Source: Paraspadella gotoi
Taxonomy: Eukaryota; Animalia; Chaetognatha
Length of the DNA stretch: 64,000 nucleotides
Direction: 5' to 3'
Assembly (NCBI GenBank): GCA_051294375.1
Contig: CM119263.1
Span: forward strand, 1,848,668-1,912,667
Made by a program: the position numbers and the translations under genes. Positions 13,969-28,237 of this stretch are shown here, in pieces (positions within the stretch are counted from its first letter, which is position 1; each line of letters starts with the position of its first letter). Under the pieces are notes generated by a model that had not been told where the DNA came from, made no database searches, and saw only the letters and a program-made list of their open reading frames with translations.

Positions 13969-14675
13969 ACGCCGGTGTTTGCTGACGGCGCCGGTTTCCT
14001 AACCTCATTATCTCCTTCACCGTTTCGTGGTTTCGCACCGGCGCGGCGTTGCAAGGCGTCGCTTTTCATTCTAGGCGCTGTCATTGGTTTTGCCATGTCA
14101 TTGTCTCCGATATCTAGTCCGGTCTGATTCTGCAAGCCTCGTCCATTGATGACGCACGCTGCTTCTCTTCGGCGCAATCCCAACGAACTACCAAAACCAA
14201 TAGTCGACGTTTTGGATTTCGTTAAATGCCATTCATTTTTAATAATCATTTTCGTGGATTATTTCTATAATTTTTCCTCTTCCCCTACTCCTCTTCCCCT
14301 TATTACTCCGTCCCCCTATTCTTTTTTTCCCTATTCCTCTTCCCCCCACTCCTCTTCCCCCTATCCTCTTCCCTTTTCCTCCTATTCCTCTTCCCCATAC
14401 TCCTCTCCCTTATTCCTCTTCCCCTTTTCCTCTTATTCCTCTCCCCCTACTCCTCTTCCCCTTATTCCTCTTTCCCATTTTCCTCTTCCCCCAACGCCTC
14501 TTCCCCTTTTTCCTCTTCCCCATATTCCTCTTCCCCCTTTTCCTCTTTCCCCTATTTCCTCGTTCCTAATCTTCCCTCTTCTTTTACTCCTTCGAGGTCA
14601 AGTCACGGACATTCACCTTTTCACTCGGAATCTCACGAACCACGATTTAATGGTTTCTTTGCACAATGAGTTCCG

Positions 14676-14723
<48 letters not shown>

Positions 14724-14829
14724 TCCAAAAAGAGATAAATGAAATGAGAAAAGATCGAATAAAAGAAAAATGACGTAAAGATGAAAGAGAAATGAAAGAA
14801 AAGGGAGAAAGGAAAATGAGGAATGAAGC

Positions 14830-15059
14830 TTTTCCCGGAAAATGGAAGTTTTCCCATATGTCCTCTTTCGACAAAGGGTCGTTGGATTCTGACCGACCGG
14901 TCCGTCCGTCCGTCCGTCCGTAATGACCCTTTCGAAAAGCTTTGACCTTCTTGTCGGCCTTTCTCCATTTTTGGTGGGAGGTTGGAGTCGGTTGTAGAGA
15001 ATCGGGATGAAAGAAGATTTTTTCAATTATGCGCATCTTCGCTCAACGCCTTGGCATTG
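14830..15059 (-). CDS. Probable third pseudokinase exon (alphaH / subdomain XI), frameshifted in both copies
   Basis: Phase-2 compatible acceptor ccatag|C; reads SNAKALSEDA..LLKNLLS...IQRP...KLPF across indels. Donor not identified. Confidence 0.45.
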
Positions 15060-15526
15060 CTATGGACATTTTATCGATTTGGATCCCCTTGTATCGCCTG
15101 GCATCCCCTTGCATCTCCTTGCATCTCCTTGCATCTCATTGTTTCTTTTCATTTTTATGTTTAAGTCTTGATTCATATGAAAATTTCAAAATTACCTGTT
15201 TCACTATCTAAAGATTTTTAGATTTTGAAATATTTGATATCTATGATTTTTATATGCATTTAGTTTTTTTTTATATTTTATTAGATTATTTTTAAATCTT
15301 ATATTGATTATTAGGATAGAGAAGTGTGTGTTGTTTTCTGGCATCTACGCAACATAAGGTGAGATTAATTTCTGCTCTAGATTTTTAATAGATCTCATAC
15401 ATCATTCCTGCTGGAAATGAGAAAATCATTAATCTAAAACTAATATTACCTAAAAGGCTGAATAAAAAATGGGAATGGATCATTTTTTGGAGGATTATTT
15501 TATCTTTATTATCTTTATCATTATTA

Positions 15527-15623
<97 letters not shown>

Positions 15624-15704
15624 CCTTTGTCTCACTATCCCTTTTTCTTTCAAAATTCCAAAAAGTCTTACCCTCTCTCCACCCTTACCCAAGATATGCC
15701 TCAC

Positions 15705-16334
15705 CTCAGTCTGTCCCGATTCCCGGACAGAATTCGCATCTTAATCTCTTCACAGTTTTCATCGTAATCTCCGACGCTGCCGCCGCAGACGCCGCTGCCG
15801 CCGCCGCCGAACGGGTGATCTCCTCCCGTTAAAATTCCATAGATTACGATACCGAGACTGAAGGCCAGCGCTTTTTCAAAATAGACGGAAGAGACTCCGC
15901 CTCGGCCGCCGCCGCCGACGCCGACGCCGCCGCCTCCGGCCAACCATTCCGGTGCCAGCAGAGTCTCGTCTTCCGGTCGCAAAGGATCGAAGTCGACGAG
16001 AAGATCGGAGACACCGATTTTCCACGACGCCGTTGATTCGTCCGGAAACGGCGCTGGAAATGACGTCGGCGTCTGGACGTCGACCGGGAAAAACAGAATC
16101 TTTCTCGGCTTTAGCATCGGCGCCGAAAATGGGCGCCCGGGAACGAAGGGCGCCGCAAGAGACGCCGGCGTTCTCTCGAGTCGATCGTCGAAACGCCGCT
16201 TTATTTGTCGCGCCGCCAGGATGAGTTGACCGACGAGTTGATTCGGCGTCGTTTGACGACCGACTGCGGCGACGGCGTCGGCCACGCGGGGATCGTGACG
16301 GCGCCGCCAAATGTCGGACAAGGAACAGGAGGCT
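15705..16334 (-). CDS. IRE1/RNase L-like pseudokinase, C-lobe exon
   Basis: Acceptor ctccag|A and donor CTGAG|gtgagg; 630 nt, phase 2 to 2, in frame with the N-lobe exon (FAFDR-ASCSLSD). Motifs MLKPRKILF, KIGVSDLL, LAPEWL, AFSLGIVIYGILTGGDHPFG and IKMRILSG parallel IRE1 [41 protein letters not shown] and QANILLG. Confidence 0.85.
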
Positions 16335-16498
16335 CTGGAGGGAGAGGTCGGGGGGAGATGGTTGGGTGGGGGGATGGGAGGAAGAGATTCTGATATATTT
16401 ATTATTTATTTTATTTATTTATTTATTTATTTATTATTATATTATTTTATATTTATTTATTTATTTATTTAATTATTTATTTATTTATTTATTTATTT

Positions 16499-16529
<31 letters not shown>

Positions 16530-17463
16530 TTATTTATTTATTTTATTATTTATTTATTATTATTTATTTAATAGTTTTATTTGATAATATTTAATATTTA
16601 ATGTATTGGCTTCGGGTGGCCACGCGGTTGTCGCCGTAGGGTCAGGACGGCTCGACGTCCGACGGCAGAGAATTTCAACATCTGTGTCGCAAGTTTCCCC
16701 GATTCGCGTCGAAACGTCGCGACGACGATGATGAAGACGATAAAGAAAGTGGATATCTGGTTTATTTTTATTGTATGAAATTTGGAAAAGTCAGAGGCTG
16801 TTGCATCAGTAGTCGCGACGTCGAACGGTTTGACGTTGCTTTTAAAACGTTTTTAACGTTTTTAGAAATCATTGTTTGTTTTGAAACAACTTGAACTGTT
16901 CTTAATCATCGTCGCCTATTGTCTCAATATAAATAAACATTTTAAAATTGGTTGGAATAGTGAAATTAAACCGAGGCAGCTCAAACATCAAATAAAATAA
17001 CATCGAGGACCGAATTCTTTTTAAAAAAATCCCAAAACTCGATACAAATTGTAAATTGTGTATTCTTCACCTTTTGCTCCACCCTTTGTGAAACTTTACC
17101 TTATTTAAAAGTAGTTTTTAGAATTGTGATCTTTACAAGTGTAAAAATTTTTTTTCCATCTCTATCTTAAATTTCGGTCCACCTTTGACAATTAGCCAAT
17201 TCGATTCCATTCGCTTTTCTGATATCAACAAATGTATTCGTCTCATTTTGCTCACCATTATTATAAGGTATAAAAACAGAAAGAAAAGGTTGCGTCACGA
17301 TGTTTGACTTTTGGGCCGTATCCGTTTTTTTGTGAAACGGAAACTCGTTCACTAATTAAGTAATCATGTCTCACTCTCCTTTCTCCTCTCACTTGCCTCA
17401 CTTTTCGCGCTAGATCTCGCCCACTCTTTACTCCGTGAGTCTCTCTCTCTGTCTCTGTCTCTC

Positions 17464-17580
<117 letters not shown>

Positions 17581-18174
17581 TCATTTATATTCTCTCCTGC
17601 TCTTATTCTCAGTCGCTGATAGCCATTTGTCTTTAAGATTTAATCAGTTAAATAGTTATAGTTTTCGTCGCCCGACGTCGGTCGCTAAGCAACCGTCCAA
17701 GGGCAAAATAATTTGATCTTTTAAAAATTTCGATCATTCCCTCAATTCAATTATTAATCAGACTGTTTAGTTAAATAAATGATAATAATTCCATTTCAAT
17801 TAATTAATTACTCTACTAATTTTTTAATTTTCAATTTAAAATTTTTATAGTCAATTACTTGAAAATAAAATTATCTAATATTGTGATCTAACAATTAAAT
17901 AATAGTCATTAAAAAATGCATAATGAATAAAATTAATCTAAACAAAATCAACGGACATATTCGACGTTAAAACAGACCAACCCCAAATTTCGTTGCATCG
18001 CTCGATCAATTAATAAATCAATTAGTCGATTTATCAATCAATTAGCTAAATTGGACGATTGACTTGTCTGTGTGACTATATACTTCCAATTGTTGTTGTT
18101 GTTGTTGTTTTTTCGATTTGCCGCTTGAATCGTTGACGATTTCCGTCTCTATTGACGATCTGTCAAAATAAGAC

Positions 18175-18302
<128 letters not shown>

Positions 18303-19356
18303 GATCAACTTCAATTTTTTGTCTGCATCCCCTCAACTCGCTTTTTAGTTGCGCCGCAAGCACTCGCGGAACTACTCTATAAGTCACTTTAAGGTTGATC
18401 TGTCGGTCCGTCGGTCGGTCGGTCCGTCGGTATGTCTGTCCGTCGGTCTGTCCCACTTACGTTATAAATGCTCATAACTTGCATAGAATTGGTTGCTCAT
18501 AAAAATGTGCCGCAAACTGACCCCTCAGTCAGCCTCACCCCCGAACAACCCTGACCCAAGCTTTGGGTTTTCAAACGCGGTTAGTTTTCCCGTCGAATTG
18601 AAAAATAGCGATTCTGTTGATCGGACTGTTGATCGGACTGTTGATCGGACTGTTGATCGGACGCAGATTTGAAAAAAGAAATTGTTATTTTGATCGAAAG
18701 TCGGTTAAAAGGAGAAATAGTTTTTTTGAAATCTATGTTTTATTCTATTTAATTTTATTTACATAGAAGCTCGATAATAAAATTATTTGAAAAAGTTTAT
18801 ATCTGTTGTAGGAATACGATTCGACATTTTAGTACGTAGGTACGTACATTTTAGTATAGATGTAGTTCACTATTCGCAACTTTTTGTCTTGATTCAGTAA
18901 TCGTTATATTCAGTATAGATTTTTTTACGAAGATGTTCCAAAATTAGATTAACAGCGAATTATATAACTTGTTCTTCGTATCAGTTCACTTTCAAACCAT
19001 TGGCCTCGAAAGCGATTTACTGTAGGGAATCGTAGTACAGCCACTGGTTTTCTTCGTTGTTTCTGCCAAACGTTTTTTCCTCTTTTCTATTGAACTTGAA
19101 ACAATATTCTCTCCTTTTTTACTAGTACCTCCTTTATATCACGTTTAACCTTTTATTTTCATTTCATATTTTTCTCTCTTCTTTCCTTTTCTTTCTTGCC
19201 TTCATTCTTTACTTTCATATTCTTCTTTTTTCATCTTTTTTCCCCACAATTTCTTTTATTCTTTTTCTTTTTCTAAAAAAAGTCAAGCAAACGCTTTTGT
19301 GGTCTCTTCCTTCTTTCCCCCTGCTCCTTCCCGCCGTTTCTCAAGCAAACACTAAC

Positions 19357-19715
19357 CTATCAAAGGCGAAGTTGTGCTCTCCGGTGATTTCGTCTTTTGT
19401 GTGTCCGACCAATTGCGTCACGTGCGAGGATTTCCGGAGCCGGAATTGAATTCCGGCCTCCGCCCACAGCCGGGCGTCCGTTCTCGCTCCGCCGACGCGA
19501 ACCTTTTTGACCGCCAACTCCGCCGCCTCCGCAGCCGCCCCGCCGCCGGACGCCGCAGCCGACGCCTTTTCAACCGCCGCAGTAGCTCGGCAGCCGGACG
19601 CCGTTGCCGACGCCGCTTTGGCCGGGAGAACTTCTTTGCTTCGATCCGTCTTAAAAAAATCTAGTCTTTGTTTGTCTAGGACGCGAAATGGACAACCGTA
19701 AAGTTGAAGAGACAT
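19357..19715 (-). CDS. IRE1/RNase L-like pseudokinase, N-lobe exon
   Basis: Acceptor ccacag|ATG and donor GATAG|gttagt; 359 nt, ends in phase 2. Encodes MSLQLYG...ELAVKKVR...AEAGIQFRLRKSSHVTQLVGHTKD...HNFAFDR, i.e. beta3 Lys, alphaC Glu and beta4-5. The Gly-rich loop is not recognisable. Confidence 0.8.
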
Positions 19716-22052
19716 CTGTGGAGATGTTATAAAATATGACAAGGTATGATTACTATGAACTATGTATATCAAATTTAATATCATTCCTTTGTATAGACAT
19801 TACAGAAGACCATACTTTCATCCCTCTTCCCATCGTGATATTTTAAATAAAGCTCGCAGTAAATAAATTTAACTTTTTTCAAATTTTATTTCAACTGTAA
19901 ACTAATACCAAGTAAAGCAATATTCGTAATTTGATGAAAACGAATAATGTAAAAATTTATAAATAAATAAATAAATAATTTAAGTCCTGACATTTATATT
20001 TGGTTTTTTGTTTTTTGTTTTTGAAACGTGATGGCTACATTTATACAAATAATTACAAGAAGTGCAATTTCATTCTACAACCCAATGCGAAATATAAAAC
20101 CAATTAATCAATATAAATATAAATATAAAACAAATTAACCAAATCGATGTGGAAAATCATTTTGTTCTTCGTCAAGGAAAATTTTGAAAAAATCGAGAGA
20201 AAAAAAACTGTTGATTCCTGATTCTCGAAATAAAAGGAGAAAAGAAAGAATATCCCATCTTAACAAGAATGACCAGTGGTCATTCATGTAAAGATGACCA
20301 CGACGACGACGACAACGACGACGACGACAATAGCGACGTCGGCGGCGGAGGAGGAAACGATGGTTTGGAAAAGGAGGCGTGGAAAATGGCAGGCACTGAT
20401 GATGATGACGATGATGACGACGACGAAAAAAATGATAGCAAAGAAGACGACAACGACGACGAGAAAAGAGAGAACGAACAAAAGTAGTAGGTCAATAGGG
20501 CGGCTCTAGGTATAATCTTAAGTGAAACTTTAGAAATTTAAAAACAATTTTTTACGTGTGTCTTAGAAATTGATATTTATTTTTTTTTAAATTTATATTT
20601 TTTAGGGAACATTCAAATAGCTAGTTTAAAATCTTTTAAAAATTTATTTCATTTAAAAATCTTAAAAAGGTTGACAGTAAATATGTTATATACAAGCAAA
20701 ACATGAAAAAAATTCAACATCATTCTTTTATTTAATCTATTTTTAAAATTTTTTTCTCGATATCAAAATTTAAAAAAAAAATTAAATTAAATATTTTTGA
20801 TTTGAAATAAAATTTAAAGCTCTTGAAAAAAGAAATTATTTTGGTAAAAAATTATCTATGCATGAAATTGATTGCCTGGGTCTACTACAGAGATGGAATA
20901 TCATGACAAAAACACCTCCTCATAATATTTTTTTTTTTTTTTGGTCATAAGAAGAAAAAGAATAAAGAACGAATTTCGACACGAAACGAAAATAAGAAGA
21001 GAAAAAGAAAGAGAGTTAAAGAAGGAGATATTAAAGAAATGAAAAAGAATATAAGATGAAAGAGAAGGATACTATGAAGAGAAAAAGAAAGAAGATTAGG
21101 AAGGAGAAAAGGCGGGAAAAAAAGAAGAAGGCTGAACGATGGTAAGTTTTTATCTCTGGGATTCGAGGAAAGAAGGACATCCGGAAACAGCATCGCTCAG
21201 CTCTGGTAAGTTAAGCTTGGTCAGTTCGACGTCACGAAGGTGAGACAAGAAGGAGACTAAAAAATACTGATGTTTGGAAAACTCTATGTCCACACTAGTA
21301 GATATATTAGAAGCCTAAAAAATGCATTGAGAGAGAGAGAGAGAGAGTGAGAGAGGGAGAGCCAAAATGTCTCGCCCTCGTAAAAAGCCAACTTGAGAGA
21401 GTCCCTCTAAAAAAGGGAAAACGAGGCATTTGCTTCGACTGAAGAGAAAAAATATGGAAAACCGATGATGAAGTTTTTTGGAATCAAAAAGAATAAAAAA
21501 AAAGGGAAGGATTTTTACTTTCGATAATTTGCTTGTCATTTTGGCTCTCTTTTACGAGTGTGCCCCATTTCCGTTTGTTTATCCTAGAATTTAATTTACT
21601 TTTTATTAGTTATTCTTTTGTTTTTAATATTCAATCTAAATATGTTTTTTCAACTTATAAACCAAATCTTAATCTTAGTCTCTAACCTTAATCCCTAACC
21701 TAACTCTAATCACTGGTCTCATACCCAAATGTTAACCTTATCCATAACCTAATCCTTAACCCTAACCTTTGACCTATCCTTTAACTAAAAAGTTAACTTT
21801 ATTACGAATTTAGGATAAAATGGAGCATTCTGAGAAAATAAGGCCATCATTGTAACTTAAAGCAAAAAAAGCGACGCTGATCAATTGTAGGTCGAGTTAA
21901 AGAAAAGAGAAAAAAAGGAAGAAAAAAAGGAAAGAGAAAAAAAGGAAAAAAAAGAAGAGAGATTATTCAAATCAAGACCGAAATAAAATTACATTAAATT
22001 GAATCGTAAATCATCGAATCAAATTTAAGCTCGGAATCCTAATTCTATTTCT

Positions 22053-22394
22053 GGCTCTTTTTTTTCCAATAAGGCCCATTTCAACTTAAATTCATAATTA
22101 AGTTTTTAAGTTTAATAATTAGGTGAGAAAATAAAGTTGTGGATTAGTTTTATGGATTAAGTTAAGGATTAAGGTTTAAAGTTAGGGATTAGGTTAAGGA
22201 TTTGATCTCAACCTCGTCCCGTTTATTTGCCACAATAGTTTTGATTAATAATTAAGTTTATATATTAGGGTTTAAAATTTAGGGATTGAAGTTAGTGATT
22301 TGCTTACAGTAATGGATAAGGGTTAGCGATTGGATTAAAGTTTTGAAAAAAAAACCTTACAGCTAGACATGGGGCGCTCTCGGAAAATAGTACC
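22053..22394. mobile_element. MITE-like element of the same family, with a TTAGGG-like interior (truncated copy at 11124-11400)
   Basis: ggctcttttttttccaataaggccc ... ggggcgctctcggaaaatagtacc. Confidence 0.55.
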
Positions 22395-24425
22395 CTATTT
22401 CTTTTCTGCCAAATGTGTTAAATTCAACCCGAATTTTCTCCGCCTCCTTTCACTCTTCCCCTTCCTTTCCTCTCTTCTATTTCCTAATCGCCCTGATCGC
22501 TCTCAACCCTTCTCATATTAATCGCTTATCACTTGTCAAAGTAATCTCTTCAAAACCGTCTTTTCATTAAGCCCAATGAACCTTTCTTGTTAGTTGCTTA
22601 TGACTAATTACCAAGATTATTTCAAACCCTTCTTGTTTTAATTGATTACCAAAATAATTGTTCCAAATCCGTCTTTTAAATTGCTTATCACTAAATTGCC
22701 CATAAGCCATTTCATTAATCGCTTGCAACTATTCGCGTTTAAATCTTTGTCAATCGCGTATCAATCGCTTAATTATCGCCTTAATAGCTCTTAACACTAC
22801 TGGTTTAATCGCTTTTCCCCCAGAATTTTTTTTTTCCTAAATTAAAAACTCAGTCGATGCCTTCAAAATTCTTCCTTCAGAAAACAAAACTTTTTTCGAT
22901 CGTCGAGTCGTCACGCTCGTCGTCGTTCTCATCGTCGTCGTCGTCGTCGTCGTCATCGCTATCTTCGATATCTTATTTTTTCGTAACATCGTCGACGAGA
23001 ACGACGTCATTCCTAATGTCGTCTTCGTCATCCCTAATGGAAAGCGTCGGAAGGATTTTCTTCTTATCAGTGATCGCTGATCCTCTTTTCCAGAACAAAT
23101 CGCTGGAATACCAGAGGATTTCTTTACCCGCCCTGTTCCTTACCCATGACAGACCTTACCCTTCCGTCTTCAACCTTTTTTGCTCTTCGCTATTTTTGCT
23201 ATTCTTATTTGCTTTTCCTTTTTATTAATTCGCTCTTTTTTTTCCATTTTTCTCTTCGCTTTTTCTGACTTTTTTTCTTTTTTTTTTCTTCTCTGTCGTT
23301 TTTTTCCAAAATCCCGAGTATCAGAAGGAGTTTGATTTGTGCCAAACATTCGACTCTCACGACGTTCGGGTTATAACAACAACAACGACAACAACAACAA
23401 CATCAACAGAATCGAGAAACGCCTCTAATTTCTTCTAATCAGACAAATTGGTAATCGCCTTTAAAAATGACATCGGTCTTCGTCAGTGTAGTGTACACTA
23501 CCATCTAACTCTTTATAAACAAGATTTTCACAATCTCTATCATCTAACGCTTCATAAATAGAAGTATGTAAACAAGATTTATAAACTACATTTTATCAAT
23601 TTCTTTCATCCGACTCTTCATAAACATTAAAAAAGATTTAATTACAAGAATTTCACACTTACTTAAGCCTTTAAATACGAATTTCTATTCGTTTAGCGTC
23701 GTCATTGGCTGCTCATCGCCCGATAATCTAGATCACATTAGCTCATTCTTCGGCGCCAAGATTCGAATTTGGTTTAATCCCTTAATTGACCGTGGGTCGA
23801 CTAGTTTCTTCCGCCATCCTCTCAGTTCAACCCTCATTACCATAAATCGTCTTACATTCAATTCGGCCACATTATTTCGCTATTAGTACAAAGTAGTTGA
23901 CGAGATTTCTTCATTCTTCGCCTTCATCTGCTCAGTCGTCATCTCCACCGCACGACCCTCATTGTCAACCCTCATTTTTATTTTGTTTATTAGTAATGCT
24001 CTTTCATTGTTAAATTCGTATTTTGACGTTACTAAGATTCTGATTGTTCACGTATTTTAAACGCGTGGTTCGCTGATTGGTCACTGATCAGTCTTTGAGA
24101 TTGTTCTTCGCCTAAATATATAAAACAGACGTGATTACCTAAAACTATGAGGATAAGTCACCAATGATTCGTAAACGTTTAAAAAATATTAGTTTTTCAT
24201 GATTTTATTATTAAGTTTAAAGTTAACTATTTTTAATAATTTTTTTTCTCTCCTATGTTTTAAAAAGTCTCCCTTCTGCTTGCTTCTAGTCTCACGCTTC
24301 CTCATATTACGACTTCATCTTTAATACAATTTATGAATTTAACAAGTTAGAATTTATATTAATAAATAACAAGTCATAATACACATCCTTCACTCCCTTT
24401 AACCCCAACCCTCATTTCCTTACGA

Positions 24426-24504
<79 letters not shown>

Positions 24505-25221
24505 GCGGGCAAAACAACCGCCTCGCGATGTAAGGAAGATTCACAAACTCACCAACTCACGTGAGACTGAAAAAAGATCCGACTCGTCATTTCGTCGTGA
24601 AGGGAAAAGGAAGAGGGAGGGGCTGAGGGGGGGGGGAACCAGCAAGGAGAATGACCTTAGAGTAGTAACTAGTAAGGCCTACTATAAATAAATTAATAAA
24701 ATGGAAGAAATTTTTTAAGATTTGATAAAAATTCGTTGGTATTTTGGTGAATCATTTAAAGTTGTAATAATGGTGGAATTTAAATATTGAATTGAATTGA
24801 ATTGAATTGAATTGAATTGAATTGAATTGAATTGAATTGAATTGAATTGAATTGATTTGAATTGAATTAAAGTAAATTTGATATGCGTTAAGTTGATTTG
24901 ATTTGTTTAGATTTGTCAGATTTAAAAGAATCTTTTTCGAAAATGTAGTAGTTACGTTGGCGTGCAAGAGCTTGTGCAATGATTGTCAGTGGCTGGAACA
25001 TGCGCCCCGCATAGTGTGTGTAGTGCAGACACGTTTGAGTTGAAGAGAATGTGCGCTCGCGCAAATTTATTCGAGTTAAATCGACTAAAAACGAAAATTT
25101 GAATTATAATGAGCCTGGAATGCATGAGAAGCTTTTAACACGTTTGGGCTTAAGGAATCTAGGATGAAGAAAAAATTGGGTAAACGGGTAATCACGGATA
25201 AGTGAATGGAAAAAAAGGTGG

Positions 25222-25283
<62 letters not shown>

Positions 25284-25739
25284 AGAGAGAGAGAGAGAGA
25301 ATAATTAATCAATTAGCCTAGAATTAAATAAATAAAGATGAAAGCGACCCATTGGTTAAGGGAATTTAAAAAAAAATCAGGAGCGTTAATTGTCAATCAA
25401 CTCATATTGATTCTCACTCAATCCTTGAAGTATATTTCTCCTATTGAGGTTAAACTGAGAACTCGTGATGCTTTTCGGAAACGCCCTTCACATTTTTTTC
25501 GGTCATCATCTTTGTCGGCGCCTTTGTCGGTATCTTGGTCGGCATTTTTTTTTTGAAATCTTTATCGATTGTAGAAACAACGGCAATGAAGTTTTATTAT
25601 GAAATTGGTAAAACTAATACTAAAGTATGATTTATTAATTATGAATCAATATCTCCTTTTTAACGTCATATGGACGCCAAAGCAACGCCGTAACTACGTC
25701 ACAACTTATTATAACGTGACAAAGGTTCCTCATATCGAC

Positions 25740-25905
25740 AACTAAGCGCCGCCATCACGACGCCTTAGCAACGCCTTTGCGTTCGCATCGTGTCCGTCTT
25801 AGCAACGGCGCGGCCCAACCCTAGCGACGCGCCTCGTAATTCGCTTCGAACGAGGAATGCGAGAGAGCGTCGTTAAAAGACCGGAAATGACGACCGGAAA
25901 TTCGG
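25740..25905. promoter_or_regulatory. CpG-rich promoter-like segment with RFX X-box half-sites and ETS sites
   Basis: CCTTAGCAAC (25763), TCTTAGCAAC (~25797), CCTAGCGAC and two CCGGAAAT (25881, 25895). Confidence 0.4.
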
Positions 25906-26809
25906 AGACGCGAGGAAAAAGAAGGAAAGGAAAAGGGAGGAAAGGAAAAAGGGAGGAAAGGAGAGGAGTGGAATGGAGAAAGGAAAGGGAAGGGAGGAAA
26001 GGATAAGGAAAAGAAGGAAAGGAAAGAAAGAGAGGAAAGGGAAAAAAAAGAAATGGAGGAAAGGAAAAGGAAAATGAAATGGAGGAAAAGAAAGAAAGGG
26101 AGGAAAGAAAAAAATGGAGGAAAGGAAAAGAAGGGTGGAAGATCGATCATTATGAGAAAATACAAAGAAAGAGGGGAAATAAAATAAGAAAGAAAATAAG
26201 AAAAGAGGAAAGAAGTTGAAATAAGGAAGGGGACGAAAAAAAGAAATGAAATGGAATGAAAAATTTTGAATGAAAAGAATTAAATAAATGAAAAACACGA
26301 AAAAGATAAAAATAATCCATCGACAGAAATTCGAAAAAAAAACAAGTTTGAGCAAACAATGTCGGATCTGCCCAGGATCATTAGCGGTAATTAATAAATA
26401 AATTAATTAATTAATTCAAGTTAATTAATTTATTAGACAATTAATTAATTCAAGTTAATTAATTGATGAGACAATTAATTAATTAATTAATTTGATCCAA
26501 AATATCTTTTCGTCACTTACCCCGATAAAAGCAACGATGACAATGATGGCGACAATGACAATAATGCCAATAACGATTGACTTAATTGATTGATTGATTG
26601 ATTAAATAATTACTTAATTAATAAATGAATTGATTGATTACATAATTAATTAATAAATAAATAAATTGATTGATTGAATAATTAATTGATTAATTATTGA
26701 CTGATTAATTAATTAGTGATTATTTAATTGACTAATTTATTAATTAACTGATTAATTATTTGATAAAGTAAAAGAAGAATAATCAATTAGTGAAACAGGT
26801 TTTTTGTTT

Positions 26810-27119
26810 TTTGCATCTAAAGTCATTTCCACTCACACGATTCCATCAAAACTTCATATCCAGCTCAATCACACGCTTCCCTACCCACACAAAATTTCAT
26901 TCCATTGCATCCATCCAATCACGAGTAATTAGAGTTTTTTGCTAAGGTGGTACGGACGGGCGGACGGTCGGAAGTCTTTTTTTTTTTTGCATAATTTATC
27001 ATAATTTGATGTTCTGACAAGATAAAAGTGAATGCCCGACAAGATTGAGGGAGCGAACCGACGGACCGACAAAGTGAATTATAGAGTCGGCATCTGCTGA
27101 TAAGCAGATCCGACTAAAA
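26810..27119 (+). mobile_element. DINE-1/HINE-like element, second family (copy ~33890-34207)
   Basis: Core with aaaatttcat, (GACG/GACC) microsatellites, and a terminal TTATAGAGTCGG(C)ATCTGCT-GATA-AGCAGATCCGACTAAAA hairpin. Confidence 0.55.
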
Positions 27120-27468
27120 TGCGACATGAGGAGTAAACAAAATTTCAAATGAAATGAGACGATTTCGCCAATTTTATTTTCTTAACCTAAAGTTAATATT
27201 GGGGGGAGTGGACTTTTCATACAATTGAAACATTCTTTGAAATATTATACCACTTCATTGATAGGGAAGCCAGGTACTCTGGGAGTGAATAGACGAGACT
27301 GTGAGAGAGTTTTGATTGAAAGCTTGCAGGGACCTGTTATGTCATTATCTTGTAAGAGTGATGGAGGCCTTAAACACCAAAGTCAGGAGCAAGATAGCTT
27401 TTTTAATTAATGAATGGATAATTTTTATATTGGTTGTACCAAATTCGTAGTACTAAACTATGAGAGTG

Positions 27469-27546
27469 TCTACAGCGTCCTGCCTCTTTTCTGTGGGATG
27501 GTTTTCTCAACCTGTCGTAACTCTTCCAAGGTCAGGAGTCGAGATA
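27469..27546 (-). CDS. Candidate terminal exon of an unidentified minus-strand gene
   Basis: Acceptor aaccag| then LSRLLTLEELRQVEKTIPQKRGRTL-stop. Further exon-like pieces at ~27632-27685, ~29935-30133, ~37950-38160, ~39420-39610 and ~41079-41170. Confidence 0.35.
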
Positions 27547-28237
27547 ACTGGTTTAATGATTTAATAATTTTACTTATTACTAAGGAAAAAGAAAATATTA
27601 TCAGCGAAATAGATAAAAGGAACTTGAAACCGAATTCAACGCTCATCTAATTTGTTCAGTGAAGTCGCGAAGTCGAGCATAGTCTCTAAAGTGACAAGAC
27701 AAAACAACATCAATTAACTGATAACGAAAATCAACTACGCTTACGTTTAAACCGGCGTGAGACAAAACCTTGAACAAGAAATACTTTTAAATCTCACAGA
27801 CTTTTTCTCTCAACTGTCAACTGTCCGACTGTTCCCGAGTTCCCCCTTTCCCTCTCCCCCTTTCCCTCTCCCCCTTTCTCTCTCCCCCTTTCCCTCTCCC
27901 CCTTTCCCTCTCCCCCTTTCCCTCTCCCCTCTCCCCTCGCCCGTTCAACCCCCACCGATCCGGACGCCCGTAAAGAGCGCTATCTCCCGGGGATCTATGA
28001 CCCCACCCCGTCATCTCTCCACCGAGGGTCGCGAGTTCGAATCCCGACATCGGCGCCTCTTTATTCATCGTTTCCCGCGGAGACTAAACGCGGTTCCACG
28101 TCGTCGTCGACGTCATCGTCATCGATTTGACGACCATCATCCTCTCTCCTTGTGGGAGGATGAGAGTCCACGTCAGAAGAGAGTGGAGAGAGCTTGTGGC
28201 ACGAGGGTGACACGAGGGTGGCACGAGGGTGGCAAAT

